A stretch of 64,000 nt of DNA from Macrostomum lignano (lineage: Eukaryota), in contig NIVC01000690.1 in the NCBI GenBank assembly GCA_002269645.1, positions 372,001 to 436,000 of the forward strand, written 5' to 3'. The notes under the pieces were generated by a model that was given only the letters and a program-made list of their open reading frames with translations, was not told where the DNA came from and ran no database searches. Both the position numbers and the translations under genes were made by a program. How positions within the stretch are numbered: position 1 is the stretch's first letter; each line of letters starts with the position of its first letter. This document shows positions 1 through 12,091 of this stretch, piece by piece.

Positions 1-575
1 AGGATTATGAGGATGAGGATTATGAGGATGAGGATCATGAGGATGAGGATTATGGGGATGAGGATTATGAGGATGAGGATCATGAGGATGAGGATTATGG
101 GGATGAGGTTTATGAGGATGAGGATTACGAGGATGAGGATTATGAGTGTGAGGATTATGGGGATGAGGATTATGGGGATGAGGATTACGAGGATGAGGAT
201 CATGAGGATGAGGATTATGGGGATGAGGATTATGGGGATGAGGATTATGGGGATGAGGATTATGAGGATGAGGATTATGGGGATGAGGATTATGAGGATG
301 AGGATCATGAGGATGAGGATTATGGGGATGAGGTTTATGAGGATGAGGATTATGAGGATGAGGATTATGGGGATGAGGATCATTAGGATGAGGATTATGA
401 GGATGAGGATTATGAGGATGAGGATCATGAGGATGAGGATTATGGGGATGAGGTTTATGAGGATGAGGAGAATGAGGATGAGGATTATGGGGATGAGGAT
501 CATGAGGATGAGGATTATGAGTGTGAGGATTATGGGGATGAGGATTATGAGGATGAGGAATTTGAGGACGAGGAT
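1..575. repeat. 15-bp minisatellite (GAGGATTATGAGGAT), runs off the window start
   Basis: Tandem unit read directly. The MRMRI ORF is an artefact; the acidic DYEDE frame has a TAG at 384-386. Confidence 0.85.
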
Positions 576-1274
576 GATCAGAATAAGGTCCAAGAAAATT
601 AATATCGTGAGAAGAAGGATGATGTAACATGGAATTTAGGGAGTTATATGTCAGGGCAGCAGGTTCTATAAGCGGATGTTTCTGACACAGGAAGGTAACA
701 CCCGCAGGCTCTGCCCCCGAAAAAATTCAATTAGGAACTGGCAAGAGCAAGGATTTTTAATCTGTCTCCTGTTTCTCTTCTCTGCCCCTCCGGCACTGAA
801 AAGAAAGACAAATATTTGAATTTCGTGCCGGGTGGAGTCACGGTTGGAGTACAGAGGCAGCCAATTGACGTCACAGGATATTCTTTGTCTCTTTTCCCTC
901 TGCTCAGCTTGGCAACCCTGCCATCTCGGCCGGGCTTGCCTGTTAATGCTTGTGTCACAATGGCTGTGCCAGGCCGAGAACAGAAAAGGCGCCCTGTGGC
1001 AGCTTGGAAAGTGCATCAAATTTGTGGCCACGTGATTTTTGACTGCTTATTTTTTTGTCAGTTTGGATTGTTCAGAGCGCATCGAGGGTAGAAAGAGATG
1101 GATGCGGGATTGAGACGGGGGATTAAAGTACAACGGATCAAATCGAATGCGTGCCATTATTTTCATTGGAAAATGTTTGTTTTTTTAATTTTTTAACAGA
1201 TTTATGATCGTAAAAATTTATTGTGTCGGATTGAGACAGCATTGGACACTGCCGGAGTGAAGGTGCTATCGATA

Positions 1275-1970
1275 GAGTGACAGTGAAAGAGTGACAGTTC
1301 TGGAGTGATAGTGGCAGAGTGGCGGTGGGAAAGTGACAGTAGGAGAATGACAGTGAGAGAGTGACAGTGGGAGAATGACAGTGAGAGAGTGACAGTGGGA
1401 GAGTGACAGTGGGAGAGTGACAGTGGGAGAGTGACAGTCCTGTCCGGGAGTGACAGTCCTGGAGTGACAGTCCTGTCCGAGAGTGACAGTCCTGTCCGAG
1501 AGTGACAGTCCTGTCCGAGAGTGACAGTCCTGTCCGAGAGTGACAGTCCTGTCCGAGAGTGACAGTCCTGTCCGAGAGTGACAGTCCTGTCCGAGAGTGA
1601 CAGTCCTGTCCGAGAGTGACAGTCCTGTCCGAGAGTGACAGTCCTGTCCGAGAGTGACAGTCCTGTCCGAGAGTGACAGTCCTGTCCGAGAGTGACAGTC
1701 CTGTCCGAGAGTGACAGTCCTGTCCGAGAGTGACAGTCCTGTCCGAGAGTGACAGTCCTGTCCGAGAGTGACAGTCCTGTCCGAGAGTGACAGTCCTGTC
1801 CGAGAGTGACAGTCCTGTCCGAGAGTGACAGTCCTGTCCGAGAGTGACAGTCCTGTCCGAGAGTGACAGTCCTGTCCGAGAGTGACAGTCCTGTCCGAGA
1901 GTGACAGTCCTGTCCGAGAGTGACAGTCCTGTCCGAGAGTGACAGTCCTGTCCGAGAGTGACAGTCCTGG
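1275..1970. repeat. 19-bp minisatellite (GTGACAGTCCTGTCCGAGA) with degenerate GTGACAGT flank
   Basis: Near-perfect units about 1433-1965. Confidence 0.95.
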
Positions 1971-2344
1971 AGTGATAGTGCTAATGCGGTCACTAGAATG
2001 TTAAAGAGACAGAAAAAGTGCCTGTTACGTGTCAGAATTGATTAAAATAATTTCGATGTTTTTAATTTAAATTTCCCCCTAAATTCACGTAAAGGCAGAC
2101 ACATCACTAAATAAGATTATAAAAGGATGCATACGAGCTACTAAAAACCAGTTGACGATGCTGTGTAGTCACTTTTAATAATTAATCTTGGAAATATTTA
2201 GAACCAATTTACAAGCAAAATTAGCCTCTGATTTATCATTATCATTATGAAAAAAACTTTTGCGTCACAAAGAGACAGACACAAGAGATCGAGACAGATT
2301 TTTTCACATTTTTATGTTATAAGTAGACTCTTTGGAGCATGTAA

Positions 2345-2580
2345 AGAGAAAGAGAGGGTAAATAGAGGGAGGGTAAAGAGGTAGAGGGTAAAGAGAGTGA
2401 GGTTAAAGAGGGAGAGGGTAAAGAGGGAGAGGGTAAATAGGGAGAGGGAAAGATGGAGAGGATGAATAAGGCGAGAGTAAAGAGGGAGAGAGAAGGTAAA
2501 TAAGGAGGGTAAATAAGGAGAGGGTAAAGAGGGAGAGGGTAGGGGAGAGGGGAAAGAGGGAGAGGGTAAAGAGGGAGAGG
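2345..2580. repeat. Polypurine degenerate repeat (GAGGGAGAGGGTAAA-like)
   Basis: Almost exclusively G/A on the plus strand. Confidence 0.85.
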
Positions 2581-2959
2581 ATAGAGTTAAGGCACTGGGA
2601 ATCAGTTATAGCTTGCGGTTAACTAAATGTAGTATCAACCCTGGAGTTGATATCTGAGGCAGCCAATACTACTTTAAATGCTACATTTTCTATCCAGGGT
2701 CTTGGGTGACAGTGTCAATGTTTAACAGTGCAGCAAGCACTACGCCATCCGATTCACCTCCTGTATCGGCCTCGTGTGCAACAGAAATCCCAGGATTAAT
2801 GGGAAAGTTAATGGAGAAACATCAAACGGCTCTGAAATTGGATTCTGTAGTTTTAAGTAGAATAAATTAGACTGGGTTATCAAAGGATTTGGGATTAGCA
2901 TTGGGAAATATATCTTAGGCGCACTAGAAGCTAATTTAATGTATAAAGGGCGCTTGATT

Positions 2960-3515
2960 CCCGTGAAGTGTCACTGACTGGGGGGTCAAGCATCCCCGTG
3001 AAGTGTCACTGACTGGGGGGTCAAGCATCCCCGTGAAGTGTCACTGACTGGGGGGTCAAGCATCCCCGTGAAGTGTCACTGACTGGGGGGTCAAGCATCC
3101 CCGTGAAGTGTCACTGACTGGGGGGTCAAGCATTCCCGTGAAGTGTCACTGACTGGGGGGTCAAGCATCCCCGGGAAGTGTCACTGACTGGGGGGTCAAG
3201 CATCCCCATGAGTCACTGACTGGGGGTCAAGCATCCCTGGGAAGTGTCACTGATTGGGGTATCAAGCATCCCCGGGAAGTGTCACTGACTGGGGGGTCAA
3301 GCATCCCCACGAAGTGTCACTGACTGGGGGGTCAAGCATCCCCGTGAAGTGTCACTGATTGGGGGTCAAGCATCCCCATGAAGTGTCACTGATTGGGGGG
3401 AGTCATGCATCCCCATTAAGTTTCACTGATTGGGGGGGTCAAGCATCCCCGTGAATTGCATCACTGATTGGGGGGGTGGGTCAAGCATCCCCGTGAAGTG
3501 TCACTGATAGGGGGG
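2960..3515. repeat. 35-bp minisatellite (CCCCGTGAAGTGTCACTGACTGGGGGGTCAAGCAT)
   Basis: Head-to-tail units with no spacers; internal GTCA-C-TGAC palindrome. Confidence 0.95.
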
Positions 3516-3561
3516 TCAAGAGTATCCATGCAAACCATCAATCAAAAAGGTGTACACGCTG

Positions 3562-3741
3562 TTACCTTCCACTGCCCGCAGCCCCGCTGAAGCAGCCGTG
3601 AGCAGCCGGTCCAGCTTCGCGGCCGCAGCAGAATTTGCACACGAGCAGCACGCCAAGCACCATGAGGACACCTGCAAGGACACCGCCAGCCAAAAACAAC
3701 ACCATCATCCATGGTGGCGCTGCCGCAGTTGATGACGTCAT
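3562..3741 (-). CDS. Small single-pass membrane protein (59 aa) or first exon of one
   Basis: Hand translation: MTSSTAAAPPWMMVLFLAGGVLAGVLMVLGVLLVCKFCCGREAGPAAHGCFSGAAGSGR*. GC-rich island; in-frame stop upstream; possible donor AG|GTAAC at 3566/3565. Confidence 0.55.
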   Translation of the reverse strand: MTSSTAAAPPWMMVLFLAGGVLAGVLMVLGVLLVCKFCCGREAGPAAHGCFSGAAGSGR

Positions 3742-3819
3742 TAATGATTTATAGCGGCTATTAAACTAGGTCTAGACAAAAAATTGCAGTCAATTTTTCT
3801 GAATCCAGGAGGTCGCGTT

Positions 3820-3895
3820 GCGCACGTGTTTTTTAAAGAGACATAAAATTTGGTTCTGACCGCTCATTGGTTACAATGGGCTCGGGCCAATGGGA
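3820..3895 (-). promoter_or_regulatory. Possible promoter motifs upstream of the small membrane ORF
   Basis: CACGTG at 3823-3828; CCAAT boxes at 3866-3870 (ATTGG) and 3887-3891. Short motifs, could be chance. Confidence 0.2.
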
Positions 3896-4249
3896 TCTGA
3901 GACAGGAGATGACGGCAGCACGTCAGCTAGAGGGGAGATGAGGGAGATTAATGGGATTGTTTAGAGGTTGAAGCTACGGGATCGAGTGCGACATTGACGC
4001 AGTGCTGCTTGCTTGGTTGGGGAAGGGGGTCGCCTTTGTAAAAAAGTACTCAAGCTACCTGCATGCATATGGGATTGACGTATTCGTAACAAAACAGTAA
4101 TTAAAGTAACCTTTGCAAGCAGTTTTTCACTGAATGCGAGTAATTACTGTCTAAACAGGCTATTCCTTGAGTGTATCATTGAGTATAGGCTTGTAGAGGA
4201 ATGAGAGAGCCAATATTTCATATACATGTAGCTAGCATTGCTTCTTAAT

Positions 4250-4920
4250 ATCTTGGATACTTATGTCTACTTGTAATCTAATGTACAGAATATACATGAA
4301 CATACATGTACACTAATTTAATTATAACTATAGATAATGAGCAGATCTACATGTACACTACATTCAGTTAAGGTTACGTACAGATATCGATACATTTAGT
4401 TAGCTAGTGTACATATTAACACATAAATATATAGCTACTAGATTATGTGATCTACTGAAATGCAGCGAAGGTTATGTACAGATATAGATAAATGTAGTTA
4501 GGTCTTGTACAGATTTACATATATCTATAGCTAGTAGATTTAAACAGATCTACATACATAATGTAGCTAATTTAGGTTTAGCTAATGTAACTAATGTGTA
4601 GCTAATGTGTAGCTAATGTAGCTAATGTGTAGCTAATGTAGCTAATTTAAACAGATCTACATATATAATGTAGCTAATTTAGGTTTAGCTAATGTAGCTA
4701 ATGTGTAGCTAATGTAAACAGACCTACATATATAATGTAGCTAATTAAGGTCATATACAGATTTACATTTATGTACAGCTAGATTATGCATAGATCCACA
4801 TGTACATCCTGTAACAAAAAATGTACGGATGTACACAAATTTAGCTAGATAATGTACAGATCGACATATATGCACTTACATGTAGTTAGTAGGTCATGTA
4901 CAGATGTAAATCCATGAAGC
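4250..4920. repeat. AT-rich degenerate repeat (ATGTAGCTA / ACAGATCTACAT motifs)
   Basis: Recurrent short motifs, locally tandem at about 4560-4745. Confidence 0.7.
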
Positions 4921-5631
4921 TAAACCATCATGCATGAAGTTTGATAATGTAAAAAGGTCATCTTATGCTTACGGACGATGATGACGAGAAAAATAATCCT
5001 CCTTTTACAGTTCTTGAAGTCGCGGATTAACGCTGCCGCAGGGCATTGTAATAAAAGGCGAGACATGCCTCACCGGGAGAATTAAAGGAATTAAAGACCT
5101 ACAATCCTACATTCAAAAAGAAAATGGACGCAAGGATTAAAAGGATCACTGGGACTAAAAATATTGTCGACAGGTAACAGCTAAATCAGACGTGATGACA
5201 AGAAGTGACAGGATTAAATTAGGCCTAAATTTTATTCAATATGCATTCGACATAGAGGGACTTTTTATATAGACATAAAATATCAATATTTCATAATAAA
5301 AGTTCTACTGTTCTACGTCAGTTACAGTTCTTCATTGAAATCTGGTGAGAATATTGTTGACTTCAGCAAATATTTATCGCACGAGTGCACTGGTTTAATC
5401 GGGAATAAGCCTTCAAATCAGGTTGGGGGCAGAGGGGCAACAGTCGGCCGATCCGACACTTCATGCAAAAATTCCCACCCGAATAAATACCAAAGTACTA
5501 AGTAGATAACGAAGCATTTTGCCTTAATAAGACAGTCATAGTTACTCCTGCCGTTTACCCAAAGTTGCGTTAATTTGCTGTAGGGTTTCTTTTACATGTA
5601 CTGGTAAGTCGCATTGTAGACTATTGTAGGC

Positions 5632-7083
5632 GGGGTGCTTTCACAAGGTCGAAATTTCACAACGTCGAAAAGCAAATTATTGCACAAGGTCGAAATTTTA
5701 CAAGGTCGAAATTTCACAACATCGAAACTCAAATAGCAGCCACTTTCATAAGGTCGAAATTTCATAACATCGAAACTCAAATAGCAGCCACTTTCCTTAG
5801 TCTTCAATTGTCACTTTATTGTTGAATCATAATAGTTGTAAGCCTTCAAGGCTTTTCTATATTCTATTGTTGTTTAGTAGGCCTATATAGTAAATATGTT
5901 GTAGGTGTTTTTCTGTTTGTTACTTATTCTAATTTATCCTACACATTTATTGCCAAAGTTTTTATAGGGCTATCTCTTTTCCCCTAAATTTATCCTACTT
6001 CTGATACCAAATTTAAGGTGCTTTTTACTGCTTCTAATTCCAAAATGCCTCCCAACTATATAGCTAAACTTACTTATGTAAACTAACCCATCGTCCCAGT
6101 AGTCATAAGACACTTAGCAGAGCACTCAGTCACTCCTTAGGAGGCTTTTCATATTACCAATTCCAGAATCAGAATCGGTTCGGATCTTCCAAGAAAAACA
6201 GCAGTATAACTATTTAATTCCGTTGAATGTTTGACTGCCTTAACAAACTCACTTAGCACAATTTTTCACTTTCTTCTTGGCGATTGTCATTCAATAATAA
6301 AAACTTTATAGCGCGTATCTCCCTCTAGTTATGGAGACAAAAAGTTATACTTTACAAATTGGTTCTGGTTCTGGAACCAGAACAACAATATGAAAAGGCC
6401 CCTTGACGTTGAACTACTTAAAGAAGTGGTGATTAAAAACGTAGTTGAACCAAAGCTATTAAAACAAAAAATAATAATATATTCATTGACACAATAAAAA
6501 CCTTAGTTTTCAACATTGTAAAATTTTGACCTTGTCATACTTAAGGCTGCTAAATTCTCAGTTTTTATATTGTAAAATTTCGATCTTATGAAAGCGGCTG
6601 CTATTTGAGTTTCGATGTTGTTAAATTTCGACCTTATGAAGTCTCTTGCTAAAGTTTTCGATGTTGTGAAATTTCGACCTTGTGAAATTTCGACCTTATG
6701 AAAGTGGCTGCTTTTTGAGTTTTCGATGTTGTGAAATTTCGACCTTGTGAAAGTGGCTGCTATTTGAGTTTCGATGCTGTGAAATTTCGACCTTGTGAAA
6801 TTTCGACCTTATGAAGTCTCTTGCTAAAGTTTTCGATGTTGTGAAATTTCGACCTTATGAAAGTGGCTGCTATTTGAGTTTCGATGCTGTGAAATTTCGA
6901 CCTTGTGAAATTTCGACCTTATGAAGTCTCTTGCTAAAGTTTTCGATGTTGTGAAATTTCGACCTTGTGAAATTTCGACCTTATGAAAGTGGCTGCTTTT
7001 CGAGTTTTCGATGTTGTGAAATTTCGACCTTATGAAGGAGGGTGCTTTCGACGTTGTGAAATTTCGAGTTTGTGAAACCCCCC
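5632..7083. mobile_element. Foldback/Mutator-like non-autonomous element with modular inverted arms
   Basis: Left arm AGGTCGAAATTTCACA units; right arm TGTGAAATTTCGACCT units; GGGG...CCCC ends; 9-bp direct repeat ATTGTAGGC at 5623-5631 and 7084-7092. Confidence 0.8.
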
Positions 7084-7102
7084 ATTGTAGGCTAGTAACC
7101 TA

Positions 7103-7430
7103 GGGGGTTGTAGCCTAGTGGTCAGAGCACTACTTGCTCGACTTGGTCACGACTTGAAGATCGGGGGTTCGATTCCCGAATCCCACTGGAACAATTTGTG
7201 TCCTTGAGCAAGACACTTTTCATTCTGCATTGCTTCAGTTCCACCAGCTGTAAAATGGGTGCCAGCATTAGCTGGGGTAATTGAGGCTGTGTGTGGGGAC
7301 CCCCAGTCCTTGGACTGAACAGCCGTACGCAGCCTTCAGATGTGCCGCGCAATTATAGCTGCGGCTGAGCTGTCGGTTGCACATCTGCCCATTAGGGCGA
7401 GTGTAATCAATTATTATTATTATTATTATC
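7103..7430 (+). mobile_element. tRNA-derived SINE with CORE-like central domain, copy 1
   Basis: A box TAGCCTAGTGG; B box GGTTCGATTC; CCTTGAGCAAGACACTT...CAGCTGTAAAATGGG; (ATT)n tail; second copy at 45414. Confidence 0.85.
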
Positions 7431-7831
7431 ATAAAAATAATTAAAATTCAATAATAACGTTATCTGTTAAAAGAAGGAATTTGATATTGATACAAACGAG
7501 TTAGAAACGCCTTATGTTTTTATGTCAACTAATCAAGCACTTTTAATGAAAGTATACAATTGTACATGCGTGAGATAGACAGCAATTGAGTTCAATCGCA
7601 TTTTGCAATATTAAAATATTACCTAAATGCTCGGTAATCTTAATTGACTAACGCTACTTTCAATAGCAAGCAGAAAATTGCAAGTAGAAATGGATTATAA
7701 AAAAATATTAGCATCGATTTAAATACATTTACAAAATTAATTAGGCAATAATAATAAGGTTTTATAATTAAACCGGGATAGTTAATAAATAATACGGTTC
7801 ATCCATTTTTACGCTCGTTTTTACTCTCACG

Positions 7832-8455
7832 GGTGATTGGGAGAATCTCAGGAGTGATGAGGAGAATCTCAGGGGTGATTGGGAGAATCTCAGGAGTGAT
7901 GAGGAGAATCTCAGGGGTGATTAGGAGAATCTCAGGGGTGATTGGGAGAATCTCAGGGGTGATGAGGAGAATTTCAGGGGTGATGAGGAGAATCTCAGGG
8001 GTGATGAGGAGAATCTCAGGGGTGATGAGGAGAATTTCAGGGGTGATGATGAGAATCTCAGGGGTGATGAGGAGAATCTCAGGGGTTATTGGGAGAATCT
8101 CAGGGGTTATTGGGAGAATCTCAGGGGTGATGATGAGAATCTCAGGGGTGATGAGGAGAATCTCAGGGGTTATTGGGAGAATCTCAGGGGTTATTGGGAG
8201 AATCTCAGGGGTGATGATGAGAATCTCAGGGGTGATGAGGAGAATCTCAGGGGTGATGAGGAGAATCTCAGGGGTTATTGGGAGAATCTCAGGGGTTATT
8301 GGGAGAATCTCAGGGGTGATGATGAGAATCTCAGGGGTGATGAGGAGAATCTCAGGGGTTATTGGGAGAATCTCAGGGGTTATTGGGAGAATCTCAGGGG
8401 TGATGATGAGAATCTCAGGGGTGATGAGGAGAATCTCAGTGGTTATTGGGAGATT
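7832..8455. repeat. 21-bp minisatellite (GGGAGAATCTCAGGGGTGATT) downstream of FEN1
   Basis: Tandem units; the ORFs on both strands are 7-aa repeat artefacts. Confidence 0.95.
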
Positions 8456-8684
8456 CTCAGTGATGCATAATTGATTTTGTAGAAATGTATTCATGCGAGA
8501 TTCTCATGAGAAGATTTTTACAGTGAGATTTTTGGTAAGATTCTCATAGGATATTTTAAACGATTACTATGGGATCATCATATGGGGTGCAAATTATGAT
8601 AAAATAGAATATGCGTTTAGTTACGCGCGCAGCTTAACAATAGTTTGATAGAAGCAGATAAACCGATTCCAATAAAAACTGTTC

Positions 8685-9044
8685 TTACTTTCTCTTTTTA
8701 AAAGACGAGTTTCCTGCAGCCTTCTTCTTAGCGGCCGGGCCCTTGCCAGCTTCGGCCAGGGACTTCCGTTTCTGGCCGCCGGAAGCAGACTGCTGGCCGG
8801 CGGGCGGCTGCAGTACGGAGAAGAACGAATCGATGCGACCTTGAACTGTTGTCTGCTTAGCTTTGAGCAGCCGCTTAGCCCCGCTGCGGACTCGTTCCTC
8901 GTTAAATCCGTTCTCTTCAACTAGGAATTTGATGAGGCCGGCTTCGTCCGGCTCGGACCACTTCAGCTCGACGGTGTCGCCAGGTGTAACGTCCGGCTTA
9001 GCGAATAGCCGCCTGGCCTCCTGGTATTGCCAGTTCTCTGGCAC
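8685..9044 (-). CDS. FEN1: Flap endonuclease 1, exon 4 (last)
   Basis: [14 protein letters not shown]...PIP box QGRIDSFF, basic tail, stop; acceptor CCGCAG, phase 0. Confidence 0.96.
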   Translation of the reverse strand: MPENWQYQEARRLFAKPDVTPGDTVELKWSEPDEAGLIKFLVEENGFNEERVRSGAKRLLKAKQTTVQGRIDSFFSVLQPPAGQQSASGGQKRKSLAEAGKGPAAKKKAAGNSSFKKRK

Positions 9045-9124
9045 CTGCGGATTCGAATTTTGCGGGTAATTAGTCTGTTTTTTAAGTAATTGAACTTCAG
9101 AAGTTCGAACTCAGACTCTATATA

Positions 9125-9985
9125 CCTAGGCTTCGAGTTTGAGTTTTTAGAGAGGTCCGGAGTTCGAGTCTCAGGAGAAAGGTTCGGAGTTCGAGTCTCA
9201 GGAGAAAGGTTCGGAGTTCGAGTCTCAGGAGAAAGGTTCGGAGTTCGAGTCTCAGGAGAGAGGTTCGGAGTTCGAGTCTCAGGAGAGAGGTTCGAAGTTT
9301 AAGTCTCAGGAGAAAGGTTCGGAGTTCGAGTCTCAGGAGAGAGGTTCGAAGTTTAAGTCTCAGGAGAAAGGTTCGGAGTTCGAGTCTCAGGAGAGAGATT
9401 TAGAGTTCGAGTCTTAGGAGAGGTTCGGAGTTCGAGTCTTAGGAGAGGTTCGGAGTTCGAGTCTTAGGAGAGGTTCGGAGTTCGAGTCTCAGGAGAAAGG
9501 TTCGGAGTTCGAGTCTCAGGAGAGAGATTTAGAGTTCGAGTCTTAGGAGAGGTTCGGAGTTCGAGTCTTAGGAGAGGTTCGGAGTTCGAGTCTTAGGAGA
9601 GGTTCGGAGTTCGAGTCTCAGGAGAAAGGTTCGGAGTTCGAGTCTTAGGAGAGGTTCGGAGTTCGAGTCTCAGGAGAGGTTCGGAGTTCGAGTCTTAGGA
9701 GAGGTTCGGAGTTCGATTCTTAGGAGAGGTTCGGAGTTCGAGTCTCAGGAGAGGTTCGGAGTTCGAGTCTTAGGAGAGGTTCGGAGTTCGAGTCTTAGGA
9801 AAGGTTCGGAGTTCGAGTCTCAGGAGAAAGGTTCGGAGTTCGAGTCTTAGGAGAGGTTCGGAGTTCGAGTCTCAGGAGAGGTTCGGAGTTCGAGTCTTAG
9901 GAGAGGTTCGGAGTTCGAGTCTCAGGAGAGGTTCGGAGTTCGAGTCTCAAGAGAGGTTCGGAGTTCGAGTCTCAGGGGAGGTTCG
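9125..9985. repeat. 25-27-bp minisatellite (GTTCGAGTCTCAGGAGAAAGGTTCGGA), FEN1 intron 3
   Basis: Tandem units with length variants. Confidence 0.95.
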
Positions 9986-10539
9986 GACGCGATTCCCATT
10001 TAAACTCTTAATGCGGAGATTTATAGAATTTGAACAAAATGTTTTTAAACTGTAGGAGTCAACAGATATTAATAAAAAAGTTCACTAGAATAATAACTGA
10101 TTGACTGGCTTTCGAGTGTTCCATTCCCAGTAGAGCTATTCAATAGCAGAGCACTTGAGAGCAATTCAGCGCAAGCAAGTCGGGAAGTGAGTTGAATCAA
10201 AAAACAGTCACGTTTCTTCGCCATCCTAAACTGCAGCTCCAGCAAAAAAGCAATTACAAAAATGAGCTGTGCTGGGTAAATTAACTATGGAAATGATAAT
10301 ATTAAAATATGCATGGCTAACAGAGAGAGAAGAAAGTGCTTATTAGATAAAGTTCACAGCGCTGACATCTGTGTGAGTAGGAATTCCATCATAACTTAAT
10401 TATCTGACAGATCCATCTGATCAGGACTGAGAGAAATTCCTGTTCAAAAGTACAAAAGCAGCCAATGATCTTCTAAAAGCAAGAATCTTTAAATTTCGAA
10501 ACAAAGAATGACATGAATTTAGACACAATTGAGGAACTT

Positions 10540-11578
10540 TAGGGCGATGGAACAAAGACAAACTTCGAGCATCTCTAAAGCGATGGAACAAAGACACTTC
10601 GGGAATCTCTAAAGCGATGGAACAAAGACACTTCGGGAATCTCTAAAGCGATGGAACAAAGACACTTCGGGAATCTCTAAAAGCGCTGGAACAAAGACAC
10701 ACTTCGAGCATCTCTAAAGCGATGGAACAAAGACACAGTTCAAGAATCTCTAAAAGCGCTGGAACAAAGACACACTTCGAGAATCTCTAAAAGCGATGGA
10801 ACACAGACACACTTCAAGAATCTCTAAAGTGATGAAACAAAGACACACACACTTCGAGAATCTCTAAAACGATGGAACAAAGACACACTTCGAGAATCTC
10901 TAAAAGTGATGGAACAAAGACACAGTTCAAGAATCTCTAAAACGATGGAACAAAGACACAGTTCAAGAATCTCTAAAACGATGGAACAAAGACACAGTTC
11001 AAGAATCTCTAAAACGATGGAACAAAGACACAGTTCAAGAATCTCTAAAAGCGATGGAACAAAGACACACTTCAAGAATCTCTAAAGCGATTAAACAAAG
11101 ACACACTTCAAGAATCTCTAAAACGATGGAATAAAGACACACTTCAAGAATCTCTAAAGCGATGAAACAAAGACACAGTTCAAGAATCTCTAAAACGATG
11201 GAATAAAGACACACTTCAAGAATCTCTAAAGCGATGAAACAAAGACACACTTCAAGAATCTCTAAAACGATGGAACAAAGACACAGTTCGAGAATCTCTA
11301 AAAGTGATGGAACAAAGACACAGTTCAAGAATCTCTAAAACGATGGAATAAAGACACACTTTAAGAATCTCTAAAGTGATGAAACAAAGACACACTTCGA
11401 GAATCTCTAAAACGATGGAATAAAGACACACTTCGAGAATCTCTAAAAGTGATGGAACAAAGACACAGTTCAAGAATCTCTAAAACGATGGAATAAAGAC
11501 ACAGTTCAAGAATCTTTAAAACGATGGAACAAAGACAGTTTAAGAATCTCTTAAGCGATGGAACAAAGACACACTTAA
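10540..11578. repeat. About 36-bp minisatellite (AAGAATCTCTAAAACGATGGAACAAAGACACAGTTC), FEN1 intron 3
   Basis: Tandem units starting about 12 bp from the exon 3 donor. Confidence 0.95.
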
Positions 11579-11590
11579 AAGGCAACTCAC

Positions 11591-12049
11591 TTGATACTTG
11601 TCCTTGTCCAAATGCTTGAGCACATTGTCGATATCGCCATACTTTCGCAGAAACTCCAACGCCTTTTTCGGCCCGACGCCGCGAACCGAGTCGCAATAGT
11701 CGCAGCCAAGCAGGATGCACAGGTCAACAAACTGCTCCTGAGTCATGCTCATCTCCTGCAACGCCTTGTCCAGTCGGAACTCTTGAATCGGCATCTTCTT
11801 GGCTTCGCTGAATGTTAGCCGACGCAACAGAACCGGTGCACCGAATGTCAGCGCGTCCATGTCTTCGGTGCCTACAGCGAAGACGCGACCGCTGCGCACC
11901 AGCTCCGCGCACTGCGCCTCCGCCTCTGACGGCGCCTGAAGCCAGGGCACGCCCATCAGGGTGAGAAGTCGCTGACATTCTGCCGCGTGTTGTTTCGTCA
12001 CCTTTACCAGGCGCTTGGACATGCGCTCCGCTTCCTCCGCGTCTTCCAC
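11591..12049 (-). CDS. FEN1: Flap endonuclease 1, exon 3 (XPG-I and H3TH regions)
   Basis: [28 protein letters not shown]; CAG acceptor and GTGAGT donor, phase 0/0. Confidence 0.97.
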
Positions 12050-12091
12050 CTGGGAAGTGAGGGTGATTGGGAATTAATGTTTCACTCTGGG

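Noticed and set aside
666-1091. Overlapping short ORFs as a gene
   Set aside because: No recognisable domain or splice support; region contains CCAAT and TGACGTCA words and looks more regulatory, but evidence is too weak to call.
2690-2790. Second exon of the small membrane protein
   Set aside because: Only a weak GAG acceptor, and an early stop in the required frame.
2960-3515. 35-bp repeats as a CRISPR array
   Set aside because: Units are contiguous with no unique spacers, no cas genes, eukaryotic context.
10540-11578. 36-bp repeats as a CRISPR array
   Set aside because: Head-to-tail minisatellite inside a FEN1 intron; no spacers.
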